From a virus (Duplodnaviria > Heunggongvirae > Uroviricota > Caudoviricetes), in IMG/VR virus record IMGVR_UViG_2531839131_000010: a DNA stretch of 7,418 bases; one strand, 5' to 3'. Below the pieces are notes generated by a model. The model searched no databases, was not told the DNA's origin, and saw only the letters and a program-made list of their open reading frames with translations. Position 1 is the stretch's first letter. Each line of letters starts with the position of its first letter. Shown here piece by piece: positions 1 through 7,418 of this stretch. Both the position numbers and the translations under genes were made by a program.

Positions 1-3000
1 GTAATTATCATCTGCGCGGGCGCATTCTGCAGGTGCCGTCGAACTATAACCCGCAGACGCGGCAATACAGCGGTATCTGGGACGGAACGTTTAAGCCAGC
101 ATACAGCAACAACATGGCCTGGTGTCTGTGGGATATGCTGACCCATCCGCGCTACGGCATGGGGAAACGTCTTGGTGCGGCGGATGTGGACAAATGGGCG
201 CTGTATGTCATCGGCCAGTACTGCGACCAGTCAGTACCGGACGGCTTTGGCGGCACGGAGCCGCGCATCACCTGTAATGCGTATCTGACCACACAGCGCA
301 AGGCGTGGGATGTGCTCAGTGATTTCTGCTCGGCGATGCGCTGTATGCCGGTATGGAACGGGCAGACGCTGACGTTCGTGCAGGACCGACCCTCGGATAA
401 GGTGTGGACCTATAACCGCAGTAATGTGGTGATGCCGGATGATGGCGCGCCGTTCCGCTACAGCTTCAGCGCCCTGAAAGACCGCCATAATGCCGTTGAG
501 GTGAACTGGATTGACCCGAACAACGGCTGGGAGACGGCGACAGAGCTTGTTGAAGATACGCAGGCCATTGCCCGTTACGGTCGTAACGTCACGAAGATGG
601 ATGCCTTTGGCTGTACCAGCCGGGGGCAGGCGCACCGCGCCGGGCTGTGGCTGATTAAAACAGAACTGCTGGAAACGCAGACCGTGGACTTCAGCGTGGG
701 CGCAGAAGGGCTTCGCCATGTACCGGGTGATGTTATTGAAATCTGCGATGATGACTATGCCGGTATCAGCACCGGTGGGCGCGTGCTGGCGGTGAACAGC
801 CGGACCCGGACGCTGACGCTCGACCGTGAAATCACGCTGCCATCCTCCGGTACCACGCTGATAAGTCTGGTTGACGGAAGTGGTAATCCGGTCAGCGTGG
901 AGGTTCAGTCCGTCACCGACGGACTTAAGGTGAAAGTGAACCGGGTTCCTGATGGCGTTGCAGAATACAGTGTGTGGGGGCTGAAGTTGCCGACGTTGCG
1001 TCAGCGCCTGTTCCGCTGTGTGAGTATCCGTGAGAACGATGACGGCACGTATGCCATCACTGCCGTGCAGCATGTACCGGAAAAAGAAGCCATCGTGGAT
1101 AACGGGGCGCACTTTGACGGCGACCAGAGCAGCACGGTGAATGGTGTCACGCCGCCAGCGGTGCAGCACCTGACCGCCGAAGTCACCGCAGACAGCGGGG
1201 AATATCAGGTGCTGGCGCGCTGGGACACGCCGAAGGTGGTGAAGGGCGTGAGCTTCCTGCTCCGTCTGACCGTAACAGCGGATGACGGCAGTGAGCGGCT
1301 GGTCAGCACGGCCCGGACGACGGAAACCACATACCGCTTCACGCAACTGGCGCTGGGGAACTACAGGCTGACAGTCCGGGCGGTAAATGCGTGGGGACAG
1401 CAGGGCGATCCTGCCACCACCACCTTCCGGATTAACGCACCTGCAAAACCCGCCACCATTGAGCTGACGCCGGGGTATTTTCAGATAACGGCGGTCCCGC
1501 GTCTTGCGGTGTATGACCCGACGGTACAGTTTGAATTCTGGTTCTCAGAAAAACGCATCACGAACACAGCACAGGTGGAAAAATCTGCCCGTTATCTGGG
1601 GACAGGCAGTCAGTGGACTGTCCAGGGGAGCCGGATTAAGCCGGGGACGGATTTCTGGTTTTACGTGCGAAGCGTCAACCTGGTGGGAAAATCTGCTTTT
1701 GTGGAAGCCAGCGGGCAGCCCAGCAATGATGGTGAAGGGTATCTGGAAATTTTCCGGGGGCTGATAGATGAGACGCTTCTTGGTCAGGCACTGAAAGAGC
1801 GCATTGATGCTTCAGCGCTGCGTACGGAGGTCACGCAACTGGAAGAAGACATCCGTCAGCGGATGGACACGGATATCGCAGAAGTGACCCGGAAAATCGG
1901 GAAGGCGGAAAACACTCTCACGCAGCTGGTTGCGAAAAAGAATGAGGACCAGGCACTGGCCATCGCGCAGGTGAACCAGAAAGTGGACCGGGTGAGCAGT
2001 GAAATCTCACAGACTGTCAGCCAGGGGCAGTCAGAAAACGCCCGACAGATAGCACAGGTCCGCCAGTACGTGGATAAAAAAGGGAGTGAAATTACCTCGA
2101 CCACGGATAAAAAGCTGGGTGACCAGGCCGTGACCATACAGCAAATCCAGCGGGTTCAGTCAGACACGCGCAATGAGCTGAATGCCATGTATATGCTGAA
2201 GGTGCAGAAAACAAAAAACGGTATTCCCTATGTGGCTGGGATTGGCGCGGGGATTGAGGATGTTGATGGTCAGACGCTGAGCAGTATTCTGCTGCAGGCT
2301 GACCGTATCGCGATGATTACCCCGGAGAACGGCAACACCACGCCGCTGTTTGTGGCGCAGGGGAATCAGCTGTTCATGAACGACGTGTTCCTGAAGCGAC
2401 TGTTTGCGGTGAGCATCACGTCATCCGGTAATCCTCCGGCATTTTCCCTGACACCGGACGGGCGGCTGACGGCGAGAAATGCTGATATCAGCGGTAACGT
2501 TAATGCGAATTCTGGGACGCTCAACAACGTCACGATTAATCAGAACTGCCGGATCCTTGGAAAACTGTCAGCCAGCCATATTGAAGGCGATATTGTCAAA
2601 ACGGTGGGTAAGGCTTTCCCGCGAAATGGAAGTTATGCCAGTGGCACGATAACCGTCACGGTTTATGATGATCAGGGATTCGACCGGCAGATTATCATTC
2701 CGCCGGTATTATTTCGTGGTACGAAACACCAGAATTTCAACAGTCATAACCAACAGTCATACTGGTATTCAACCTGTAAGCTGCAGGTACTGAAGAACGG
2801 ACAGGAAATCTTTCAGCAACCCGCGACGGATGTCAGCAGGGTATTTTCATCCGTCATTGATATGCCTGCCGGACACGGCCATGTCACCCTGACTTTCAAT
2901 GTTTCTTCATATGGTGCTAATAACTGGACGCCAACGACCAGTATCAGCGACCTTCTTGTTATTGTGATGAAGAAATCTACAGCCGGTATCAGTATCAGTT

Positions 3001-3002
3001 GA
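1..3002 (+). CDS. J: Tail tip / central tail fibre host-specificity protein, lambda J family (5'-truncated by the window edge; reading frame enters at nt 3)
   Basis: The frame is open from nt 3 to the TGA at 3000-3002; the GTG at 33 in the ORF track is internal, not the true start. The translation ([76 protein letters not shown]...) matches my recollection of phage lambda gpJ almost residue for residue over the first ~560 codons, including the fibronectin-III-like segment ([21 protein letters not shown]...[17 protein letters not shown]). A second conserved block (YVAGIG...[18 protein letters not shown]...[37 protein letters not shown]) follows a divergent coiled-coil segment, and the C-terminal ~150 residues diverge from lambda J. 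Confidence 0.95.
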   Translation, partial: NYHLRGRILQVPSNYNPQTRQYSGIWDGTFKPAYSNNMAWCLWDMLTHPRYGMGKRLGAADVDKWALYVIGQYCDQSVPDGFGGTEPRITCNAYLTTQRKAWDVLSDFCSAMRCMPVWNGQTLTFVQDRPSDKVWTYNRSNVVMPDDGAPFRYSFSALKDRHNAVEVNWIDPNNGWETATELVEDTQAIARYGRNVTKMDAFGCTSRGQAHRAGLWLIKTELLETQTVDFSVGAEGLRHVPGDVIEICDDDYAGISTGGRVLAVNSRTRTLTLDREITLPSSGTTLISLVDGSGNPVSVEVQSVTDGLKVKVNRVPDGVAEYSVWGLKLPTLRQRLFRCVSIRENDDGTYAITAVQHVPEKEAIVDNGAHFDGDQSSTVNGVTPPAVQHLTAEVTADSGEYQVLARWDTPKVVKGVSFLLRLTVTADDGSERLVSTARTTETTYRFTQLALGNYRLTVRAVNAWGQQGDPATTTFRINAPAKPATIELTPGYFQITAVPRLAVYDPTVQFEFWFSEKRITNTAQVEKSARYLGTGSQWTVQGSRIKPGTDFWFYVRSVNLVGKSAFVEASGQPSNDGEGYLEIFRGLIDETLLGQALKERIDASALRTEVTQLEEDIRQRMDTDIAEVTRKIGKAENTLTQLVAKKNEDQALAIAQVNQKVDRVSSEISQTVSQGQSENARQIAQVRQYVDKKGSEITSTTDKKLGDQAVTIQQIQRVQSDTRNELNAMYMLKVQKTKNGIPYVAGIGAGIEDVDGQTLSSILLQADRIAMITPENGNTTPLFVAQGNQLFMNDVFLKRLFAVSITSSGNPPAFSLTPDGRLTARNADISGNVNANSGTLNNVTINQNCRILGKLSASHIEGDIVKTVGKAFPRNGSYASGTITVTVYDDQGFDRQIIIPPVLFRGTKHQNFNSHNQQSYWYSTCKLQVLKNGQEIFQQPATDVSRVFSSVIDMPAGHGHVTLTFNVSSYGANNWTPTTSISDLLVIVMKKSTAGISIS

Positions 3003-3020
3003 ATTTTATAACCCCAATAC

Positions 3021-3048
3021 GGGCGCCAGAAATGGCGCCTTTTTTATT
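3021..3048 (+). terminator. Rho-independent terminator downstream of J
   Basis: Perfect GC-rich hairpin GGCGCC (3022-3027), 6-nt loop AGAAAT, GGCGCC (3034-3039), followed directly by TTTTTTATT. It begins 19 nt after the J stop codon. Confidence 0.7.
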
Positions 3049-3069
3049 GCAGAAAAGCGAGAGGTAATT

Positions 3070-3669
3070 ATGCGTAAATTATGTGCTGTTATTCTGTCCG
3101 CAGTAGTCTGGCTGGTTGCCGCTGGTACGCCAGCGAGCGCAGCAGAACATCAGTCCACGCTGAGCGCGGGGTATCTTCATGCCCGTACGAACGCTCCCGG
3201 TAGTGATGATCTGAACGGGATTAACGTGAAATACCGTTATGAGTTTACGGACATGCTGGGTGTTGTGACGTCATTCAGTTATGCCAATGCCAAAGATGAG
3301 CAAAAAACGCATTACAGCGATACCCGCTGGCATGAGGATTCCGTGCGTAACCGCGGGTTCAGTGTGATGGCGGGGCCGTCTGTTCGCGTGAATGAATGGT
3401 TCAGCGCGTATGCGATGGCGGGTATGGCTTACAGCCGTGTGTCGACTTTCTCCGGGGATTATATCCGCGTAACTGACAACAAGGGGAAAACGCACGATGT
3501 GCTGACCGGAAGTGATGACGGTCGCCACAGCAACACGTCTCTGGCGTGGGGAGCTGGCGTGCAGTTTAACCCGACCGAATCCGTGGCCATTGATATTGCT
3601 TATGAAGTCTCCGGCAGTGGCGACTGGCGCACTGACGGTTTCATCGTGGGTGTCGGTTATAAGTTCTGA
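3070..3669 (+). CDS. lom: Lom/Ail-family outer-membrane beta-barrel protein (prophage-encoded, virulence-associated)
   Basis: 199-codon ORF with a GAGAGG Shine-Dalgarno 5 nt upstream of the ATG. N-terminal signal peptide MRKLCAVILSAVVWLVAAGTPASAAE. The C-terminus ...SGSGDWRTDGFIVGVGYKF matches lambda Lom as I recall it, with internal Lom-like blocks (GINVKYRYEFTD, SVMAGP, SAYAMAG) and a terminal aromatic residue typical of outer-membrane beta-barrels. Same position as lom in lambda, between J and stf. Confidence 0.93.
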   Translation: MRKLCAVILSAVVWLVAAGTPASAAEHQSTLSAGYLHARTNAPGSDDLNGINVKYRYEFTDMLGVVTSFSYANAKDEQKTHYSDTRWHEDSVRNRGFSVMAGPSVRVNEWFSAYAMAGMAYSRVSTFSGDYIRVTDNKGKTHDVLTGSDDGRHSNTSLAWGAGVQFNPTESVAIDIAYEVSGSGDWRTDGFIVGVGYKF

Positions 3670-3700
3670 TTAGCCAGGTAACACAGTGTTATGACAGCAT

Positions 3701-3726
3701 GCCTGTTCAATCAGGCGGGCTTTTTT
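3701..3726 (+). terminator. Possible weak rho-independent terminator after lom
   Basis: Short hairpin GCCTG (3701-3705), loop TTCAAT, CAGGC (3712-3716), then GGGC and TTTTTT (3721-3726). The stem is only 5 bp and separated from the T-tract by 4 nt, so this is tentative. Confidence 0.3.
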
Positions 3727-3737
3727 GTGGGGTGAAT

Positions 3738-6700
3738 ATGGCAGTAAAGATTTCAGGTGTACTGAAAGATGGGGCGGGTAAACCTGTCGTAAATTGTGCG
3801 ATTGAACTGCGGGCCAGAAGAACCAGCCCGACCGTTGTGGCGCACGTTGTCGCCACTTGTGTGACGGACAATAACGGTGCTTATGTGATTGAGGCTGAGC
3901 CGGGGTATTACGAGGTTGCGCTTCACCGTAACGGCTGGCAGCCAACCCGTGTCGGGGATATTTATGTGGCACCGACTGATGCACCGGGGACACTGAATGC
4001 GTTTCTGGATGCACCAAAGGATAGTGATTTACGTCCGGAGGTGATGAAGCGCTTTGAGGAAATGGTGGATGCGGTTGCCCGGCAGTCGGAGCAGGTCACC
4101 AATGATCGTGAAAGGGCAGAGGCGGTAGCGGAGGCAGCAACAAACGCAGCGAACTCTGCTCTTGACAGTAAAAATAAGGCAGAAGATCTAAAAAATAAGG
4201 CACAGCAAAATGCCGAAGCCGCTGCAGAAAGCGAACGACAGGCCGGGCAACATGTCGCTGATGCGCAGAAGATTAAGGGTGATTGCCAGACGCTGGCGGA
4301 TAACGTACAGCAGAATGCAGAATCCGTTGCCGAAGATAAAAAGCAGGTGGCACAGCTGGCATCATCTGCCACACAGGATGCGGCCCGCGCAGAGCAGGCT
4401 GTCAAGGATGCTGACTCGATAGTCCGGAAAGCGGTCGATAAACTCGGTGAAGCTGCAACGCTGACCGGCGAGGCAAAAGCCAGCGCCGAAGCGGCAGCAA
4501 AAAGCGAACAGAACGCGAAACAGCACAGGGACGAGGCGCAACGGATAGTTGATGACCTGAAGGGAAGCAATGCTTCCACGACAGAAAAAGGCCTGGTGCA
4601 ACTCTGTAGTGATACGGACAACGACAGCGAAGAACTGGCAGCCACACCGAAGGCCGTCAAAACCGTCATGGACGAGACGAAAACAAAAGCGCCGCTGGAC
4701 AGCCCGGCATTCACCGGCACGCCCACCACACCAACCCCACCGGACGATGCTGCCGGTCTGGAAACAGCGAACGCGGCATTTGTCCGCAAACTGCTCGCTG
4801 CACTGGTTGACTCGTCACCGGAAGCCCTGGACACGCTGAACGAGCTGGCAGCGGCGCTGGGAAATGACCCGAATTTTGCGACGACAGTCACCAAAGCACT
4901 GGCAGGTAAACAGCCACTCAGTGACGTGTTAACCGCAATCAGTAATCTGGAAGAACGGGCAGATAATCTTCTGTGCTTTAATCAGGACGGAAATGCTTCA
5001 CTGTCTCCACTGTCAGAAAAAGCCCGGTCACTGCTGGCACAGGCCACAGTGGAAGCTATGCGCAATGAGCTTGAGCTGAAAAGCGCAGCGGTAATGGATA
5101 TTCAGACAGACATTCACGACAGCACGAAAGGCCGCATTGCGCTTCCCGGTGCGTATGGTTACGGAATGACGGACGCCGGAGCGCGTTCAATTATTGCCAG
5201 CGATATGGCGACTGTAGCCAGAACCGCTCACAACCTGCACCCGGGACGCTATTACACCTTTGCCACACGAACGGAAGAAACAACCGGGATAACAGAAATT
5301 ATCTGGCTGGATAATGGCCGGGCCGACAAAACCAGCCAGACAGCAACAAAGCTGGTTCTGTTTTTTGGAAAAGACGGACGGATTCTTATGACCGTTCGTG
5401 GCGATAATATCTCCGCCCCGGTCACCTGGACGAATCTGACGCCACAACTTGGCAATGCAGCACAGAAGGATGCGCAGGAGAATATTTACGACCGCACCGA
5501 AGGCCGTCTGGCGATTCCCGGCATGTTTGGATTCGGGAAAGTATTTTTCATCGGCGACAGGACCGAGTTTAAAACAGAGGCCGATTTTCTCCGCTGGGTA
5601 AAAACGGCAAATCCCGGACGCTATGCCGTTTATGCAGATACAAATGCGGTAATACAGGGCGTGCTGTTCAAGGGTACCGTTGAAATTATCTGGCCGGAAC
5701 CTCAAATCAGCCATGATACGGCATATGTGGCCAAAATCATTATTTTTTACGGTATTAACGGTCATATTTATTACAATCGCTACTGGACTACCGGAGGTGG
5801 TTATCTGGTTGGCTGGGAAAACCTGAAGGTTGATGAGGCTTCACTCCGGGCACTGATTGAAACCCGCGCGCCACTGAACAGTCCGGCACTGACCGGAACG
5901 CCGTCCACGCCAACACCACCGGATGATGCAGCAGGTAATGAAATAGCCAATGCGGCGTTTGTCCGCAAACTGCTCGCCGCACTGGTTGGCTCATCACCGG
6001 AAGCCCTGGACACGCTGAACGAGCTGGCAGCGGCACTGGGCAATGACCCGAACTTTGCGACAACCGTCACTAATGCACTGGCAGGTAAACAGCCGCTTAA
6101 CGATATGTTAACGGCTATCAGCAAGGCAGGGGTGGGACAAAACTCTCTCCTTTATTTTGGTGATAACTTTAAAGCAAAAGCAATTCCATGCAGCAACAAG
6201 GCTCGCTCATTACTGGCACGAAACACGCCTGAAGCCATGCGCACGGAGCTTGAACTGAAAGCGGCTGCGACGATGGAACCCCAGAGCGATATCCGCGACC
6301 GCACACCGGGCAGACTGGCACTGTCCGGCATGCATGGATTCGGTCAGGCATTCACCAGTGCCGACGCTCTGACATTTAACGGGCAGGCCGATTTTGTTGA
6401 ATGGCTGAAAAAGGCCGCCCCGGGGCGTTATGCGGTCAGTATTGCGGACTCTTCCATGCTGCTGGTTGGCACCAAGAAATTTAACGGCACCATTGATGTG
6501 ATGTGGTCGCCCTTTGATAACGATGAGTCAGACACAATACGTAAATTCAAAACGCTGCTGTGTTTTAACCAGTATTACGAAGGTGAGCACAGTATTCATC
6601 GCCTGACTTACCGCTGGAGTGGAAACAACTGGAATGCAACAGTAAGCCCTGTCATTTACGACGGCGATTCGCTGGCGTTCTTACTGTCCCGGACAGCAGG

Positions 6701-6998
6701 CTCAGGCTCATATTTCAAATACCCGGCAGTGGGTGTTCCAGTGCTGGCTGTTTATCGCGGAACAACTTTCGGGGATAAAGAAATCAATATTGGCCTGGGT
6801 GATGTGGTGCAGGGGTCACAACTGGGCGGAGTTAATCTTTCGTGCTTAATATCTTCTCCTGGGGTTGGCTCCTACAATTCCGCACCGAGTGCAGGAGCTA
6901 CAGGGTACACTTTCCCGGGGCGTTATATGGCGCTATCCGGGGTCAGGGACTCTAAAGGAATAACCGGTCGTATCTGCCTGTTTGTGCGCATCGAGTAA
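3738..6998 (+). CDS. stf: Side tail fibre protein (lambda Stf family N-terminus; long mosaic fibre with duplicated collar segments and repeated distal domains)
   Basis: Open frame from 3699 to the TAA at 6996-6998. I place the start at the ATG at 3738 because the product then begins MAVKISGVLKDGAGKPV..., matching the lambda Stf N-terminus (MAVKISGVLKDG...) as I recall it, and a G-rich SD-like element (GGGGTG) lies just upstream. The ATG at 3699 sits inside the putative lom terminator hairpin. An Ala/Glu/Lys/Gln-rich coiled-coil shaft follows, then the conserved phage tail fibre segment SPA(F/L)TGTP(T/S)TPTPPDDAAG...ANAAFV...LDTLNELAAALGNDPNFATTVT.ALAGKQP, present twice. Confidence 0.9.
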   Translation: MAVKISGVLKDGAGKPVVNCAIELRARRTSPTVVAHVVATCVTDNNGAYVIEAEPGYYEVALHRNGWQPTRVGDIYVAPTDAPGTLNAFLDAPKDSDLRPEVMKRFEEMVDAVARQSEQVTNDRERAEAVAEAATNAANSALDSKNKAEDLKNKAQQNAEAAAESERQAGQHVADAQKIKGDCQTLADNVQQNAESVAEDKKQVAQLASSATQDAARAEQAVKDADSIVRKAVDKLGEAATLTGEAKASAEAAAKSEQNAKQHRDEAQRIVDDLKGSNASTTEKGLVQLCSDTDNDSEELAATPKAVKTVMDETKTKAPLDSPAFTGTPTTPTPPDDAAGLETANAAFVRKLLAALVDSSPEALDTLNELAAALGNDPNFATTVTKALAGKQPLSDVLTAISNLEERADNLLCFNQDGNASLSPLSEKARSLLAQATVEAMRNELELKSAAVMDIQTDIHDSTKGRIALPGAYGYGMTDAGARSIIASDMATVARTAHNLHPGRYYTFATRTEETTGITEIIWLDNGRADKTSQTATKLVLFFGKDGRILMTVRGDNISAPVTWTNLTPQLGNAAQKDAQENIYDRTEGRLAIPGMFGFGKVFFIGDRTEFKTEADFLRWVKTANPGRYAVYADTNAVIQGVLFKGTVEIIWPEPQISHDTAYVAKIIIFYGINGHIYYNRYWTTGGGYLVGWENLKVDEASLRALIETRAPLNSPALTGTPSTPTPPDDAAGNEIANAAFVRKLLAALVGSSPEALDTLNELAAALGNDPNFATTVTNALAGKQPLNDMLTAISKAGVGQNSLLYFGDNFKAKAIPCSNKARSLLARNTPEAMRTELELKAAATMEPQSDIRDRTPGRLALSGMHGFGQAFTSADALTFNGQADFVEWLKKAAPGRYAVSIADSSMLLVGTKKFNGTIDVMWSPFDNDESDTIRKFKTLLCFNQYYEGEHSIHRLTYRWSGNNWNATVSPVIYDGDSLAFLLSRTAGSGSYFKYPAVGVPVLAVYRGTTFGDKEINIGLGDVVQGSQLGGVNLSCLISSPGVGSYNSAPSAGATGYTFPGRYMALSGVRDSKGITGRICLFVRIE
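4686..4943 (+). repeat. Intragenic direct repeat, copy A (86-codon tail fibre collar segment inside stf)
   Basis: Encodes KAPLDSPAFTGTPTTPTPPDDAAGLETANAAFVRKLLAALVDSSPEALDTLNELAAALGNDPNFATTVTKALAGKQPLSDVLTAIS. It recurs 1179 nt downstream with about 10 amino-acid differences out of 86 by my count, and near-identical nucleotide runs such as ccggaagccctggacacgctgaacgagctggcagcgg. Confidence 0.9.
5865..6122 (+). repeat. Intragenic direct repeat, copy B (86-codon tail fibre collar segment inside stf)
   Basis: Encodes RAPLNSPALTGTPSTPTPPDDAAGNEIANAAFVRKLLAALVGSSPEALDTLNELAAALGNDPNFATTVTNALAGKQPLNDMLTAIS. Same frame and orientation as copy A, offset exactly 1179 nt (393 codons). Confidence 0.9.
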
Positions 6999-7011
6999 CG
7001 GGGAATAAAAC

Positions 7012-7418
7012 ATGAAAATCAGAGCGGTAAAGGGCATCAGAAACGCCCATTATCTTGAAAATGGTGCGGTTGACTGCGAGGTGTTATTTGAAGGTGAAAC
7101 GGAATTCGTCCCGTATACCGCCATGCAGGATGATACCGCACCGACAGGCCAGCGCATCTGGGAAGAGTTGCAGAACGGCAAATGGGGCGAAATCGCCCCT
7201 TTCACTGTCACGCCGGAACTTATCGCCGCGGCGAAGGATGCCAAAAAGCAGGAAATCGAGGCATGGCGCACAGAACAGGAAGCACTGCCGTTCACCTTTG
7301 AATGGAACGGTCGCACCTGGAACGCTGGCCCCGACTCAATGGCCCGTCTTTATCCGGTAGTAATGGCGGCGAAATCCGATACGGCACGAACCGCCCTTGC
7401 ATGGGGTGATGCCGATAA
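7012..7418 (+). CDS. Putative tail fibre assembly / chaperone-like protein (3'-truncated by the window edge); function inferred mainly from position
   Basis: ATG at 7012 is preceded by GGGGAA (7000-7005) with a 6-nt spacer and lies only 13 nt after the stf stop, suggesting translational coupling. The frame stays open to the window end (MKIRAVKGIRNAHYLENGAVDCEVLFEGETEFVPYTAMQDD...FEWNGRTWNAGPDSMARLYPVV...). It is absent from the ORF track only because no stop falls inside the window. It occupies the tfa slot of the lambda J-lom-stf-tfa order. The sequence does not resemble lambda Tfa at the N-terminus, so the family assignment is uncertain. Confidence 0.5.
   Translation, partial: MKIRAVKGIRNAHYLENGAVDCEVLFEGETEFVPYTAMQDDTAPTGQRIWEELQNGKWGEIAPFTVTPELIAAAKDAKKQEIEAWRTEQEALPFTFEWNGRTWNAGPDSMARLYPVVMAAKSDTARTALAWGDAD

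Noticed and set aside
231-1346. 371-aa ORF on the minus strand, plus shorter ORFs at 1001-1186 (-), 1504-1764 (+) and 1856-2137 (-), all inside the J gene
   Set aside because: They lie entirely antisense or out of frame within a J gene whose + frame matches lambda J along its conserved blocks. The products are Arg/His/Pro-rich with no recognisable features and no RBS context. This is typical of open antisense frames in GC-rich coding sequence.
3003-3069. Independent sigma70 promoter for lom in the J-lom spacer
   Set aside because: A TATAAC hexamer is present at about 3007-3012, but it lies upstream of the terminator hairpin and I could not find a convincing -35 partner at proper spacing. Not supportable from sequence alone.
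3271-3528. 85-aa ORF antisense to lom, and 3670-4017 (-) 115-aa ORF spanning the lom-stf junction
   Set aside because: Both overlap well-supported + strand genes (lom, stf N-terminus) and encode low-complexity His/Arg/Pro-rich products. Judged spurious.
3962-4894. 310-aa Ala/Ser-rich ORF on the minus strand, with 5801-6124 (-), 5187-5765 (-) and small overlapping ORFs (4210-4422 +, 4362-4601 -, 4402-4647 -, 4570-4839 +, 5252-5455 -, 5788-6063 -, 6169-6351 -) inside stf
   Set aside because: These are antisense or alternate-frame shadows of the Ala/Glu/Lys-rich coiled-coil and collar regions of stf. The similarity between 3962-4894 (-) and 5801-6124 (-) merely mirrors the collar duplication on the + strand. 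No independent start signals were seen.
4686-6122. Diversity-generating retroelement (variable repeat / template repeat pair) targeting the tail fibre
   Set aside because: The two repeat copies are both coding and in frame within one gene, and their differences are a mix of substitution types rather than adenine-specific. No reverse transcriptase gene is present in the window.
7050-7360. ORFs 7050-7316 (-) and 7055-7360 (+, alternate frame) from the ORF track
   Set aside because: Both overlap the better-supported + frame ORF starting at 7012, which has a strong SD and tight coupling to stf. The alternate-frame product is Arg/Ser/Pro-rich and unconvincing.
4686-7418. Invertible tail fibre segment (Gin/Pin/Cin-type host-range switch, as in Mu, P1 and e14)
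   Set aside because: The repeats are direct, not inverted. No oppositely oriented alternative fibre or tfa segments and no invertase gene are present in the window. An invertase could lie beyond the 3' edge, so this is not excluded for the wider locus.
1-7418. CRISPR arrays, tRNA or rRNA genes, IS elements or transposase genes, integrase or att sites
   Set aside because: No short regularly spaced direct repeats, no cloverleaf-like conserved tRNA segments, no terminal inverted repeats and no transposase-like or integrase-like ORFs were seen. The window is almost entirely filled by four + strand phage tail genes.

Overview
This window reads as the distal tail / host-range module of a lambda-like (lambdoid) siphovirus or prophage from an enterobacterial host, with all genes on the + strand in the lambda order J – lom – stf – tfa. 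It contains the 3' ~3 kb of a J-type central tail fibre gene (5'-truncated by the window edge), a Lom/Ail-family outer-membrane protein gene set off by hairpin terminators, a very long intact side tail fibre gene (~1086 codons), and the 5' part of a small tightly coupled downstream gene that is probably the fibre's assembly chaperone. No tRNA, rRNA, CRISPR array, IS element or integrase is visible. The most interesting structure is inside the side tail fibre gene: an ~86-codon collar segment occurs twice, exactly 1179 bp (393 codons) apart and in frame, each copy followed by a different distal module, and those modules together hold three diverged copies of a ~124-codon domain. The J gene also differs from lambda J by a longer coiled-coil segment and a divergent C-terminal receptor-binding region. 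All comparisons to lambda proteins are from memory of those sequences and need confirmation by alignment. The long antisense ORFs in the track are treated as composition artefacts.
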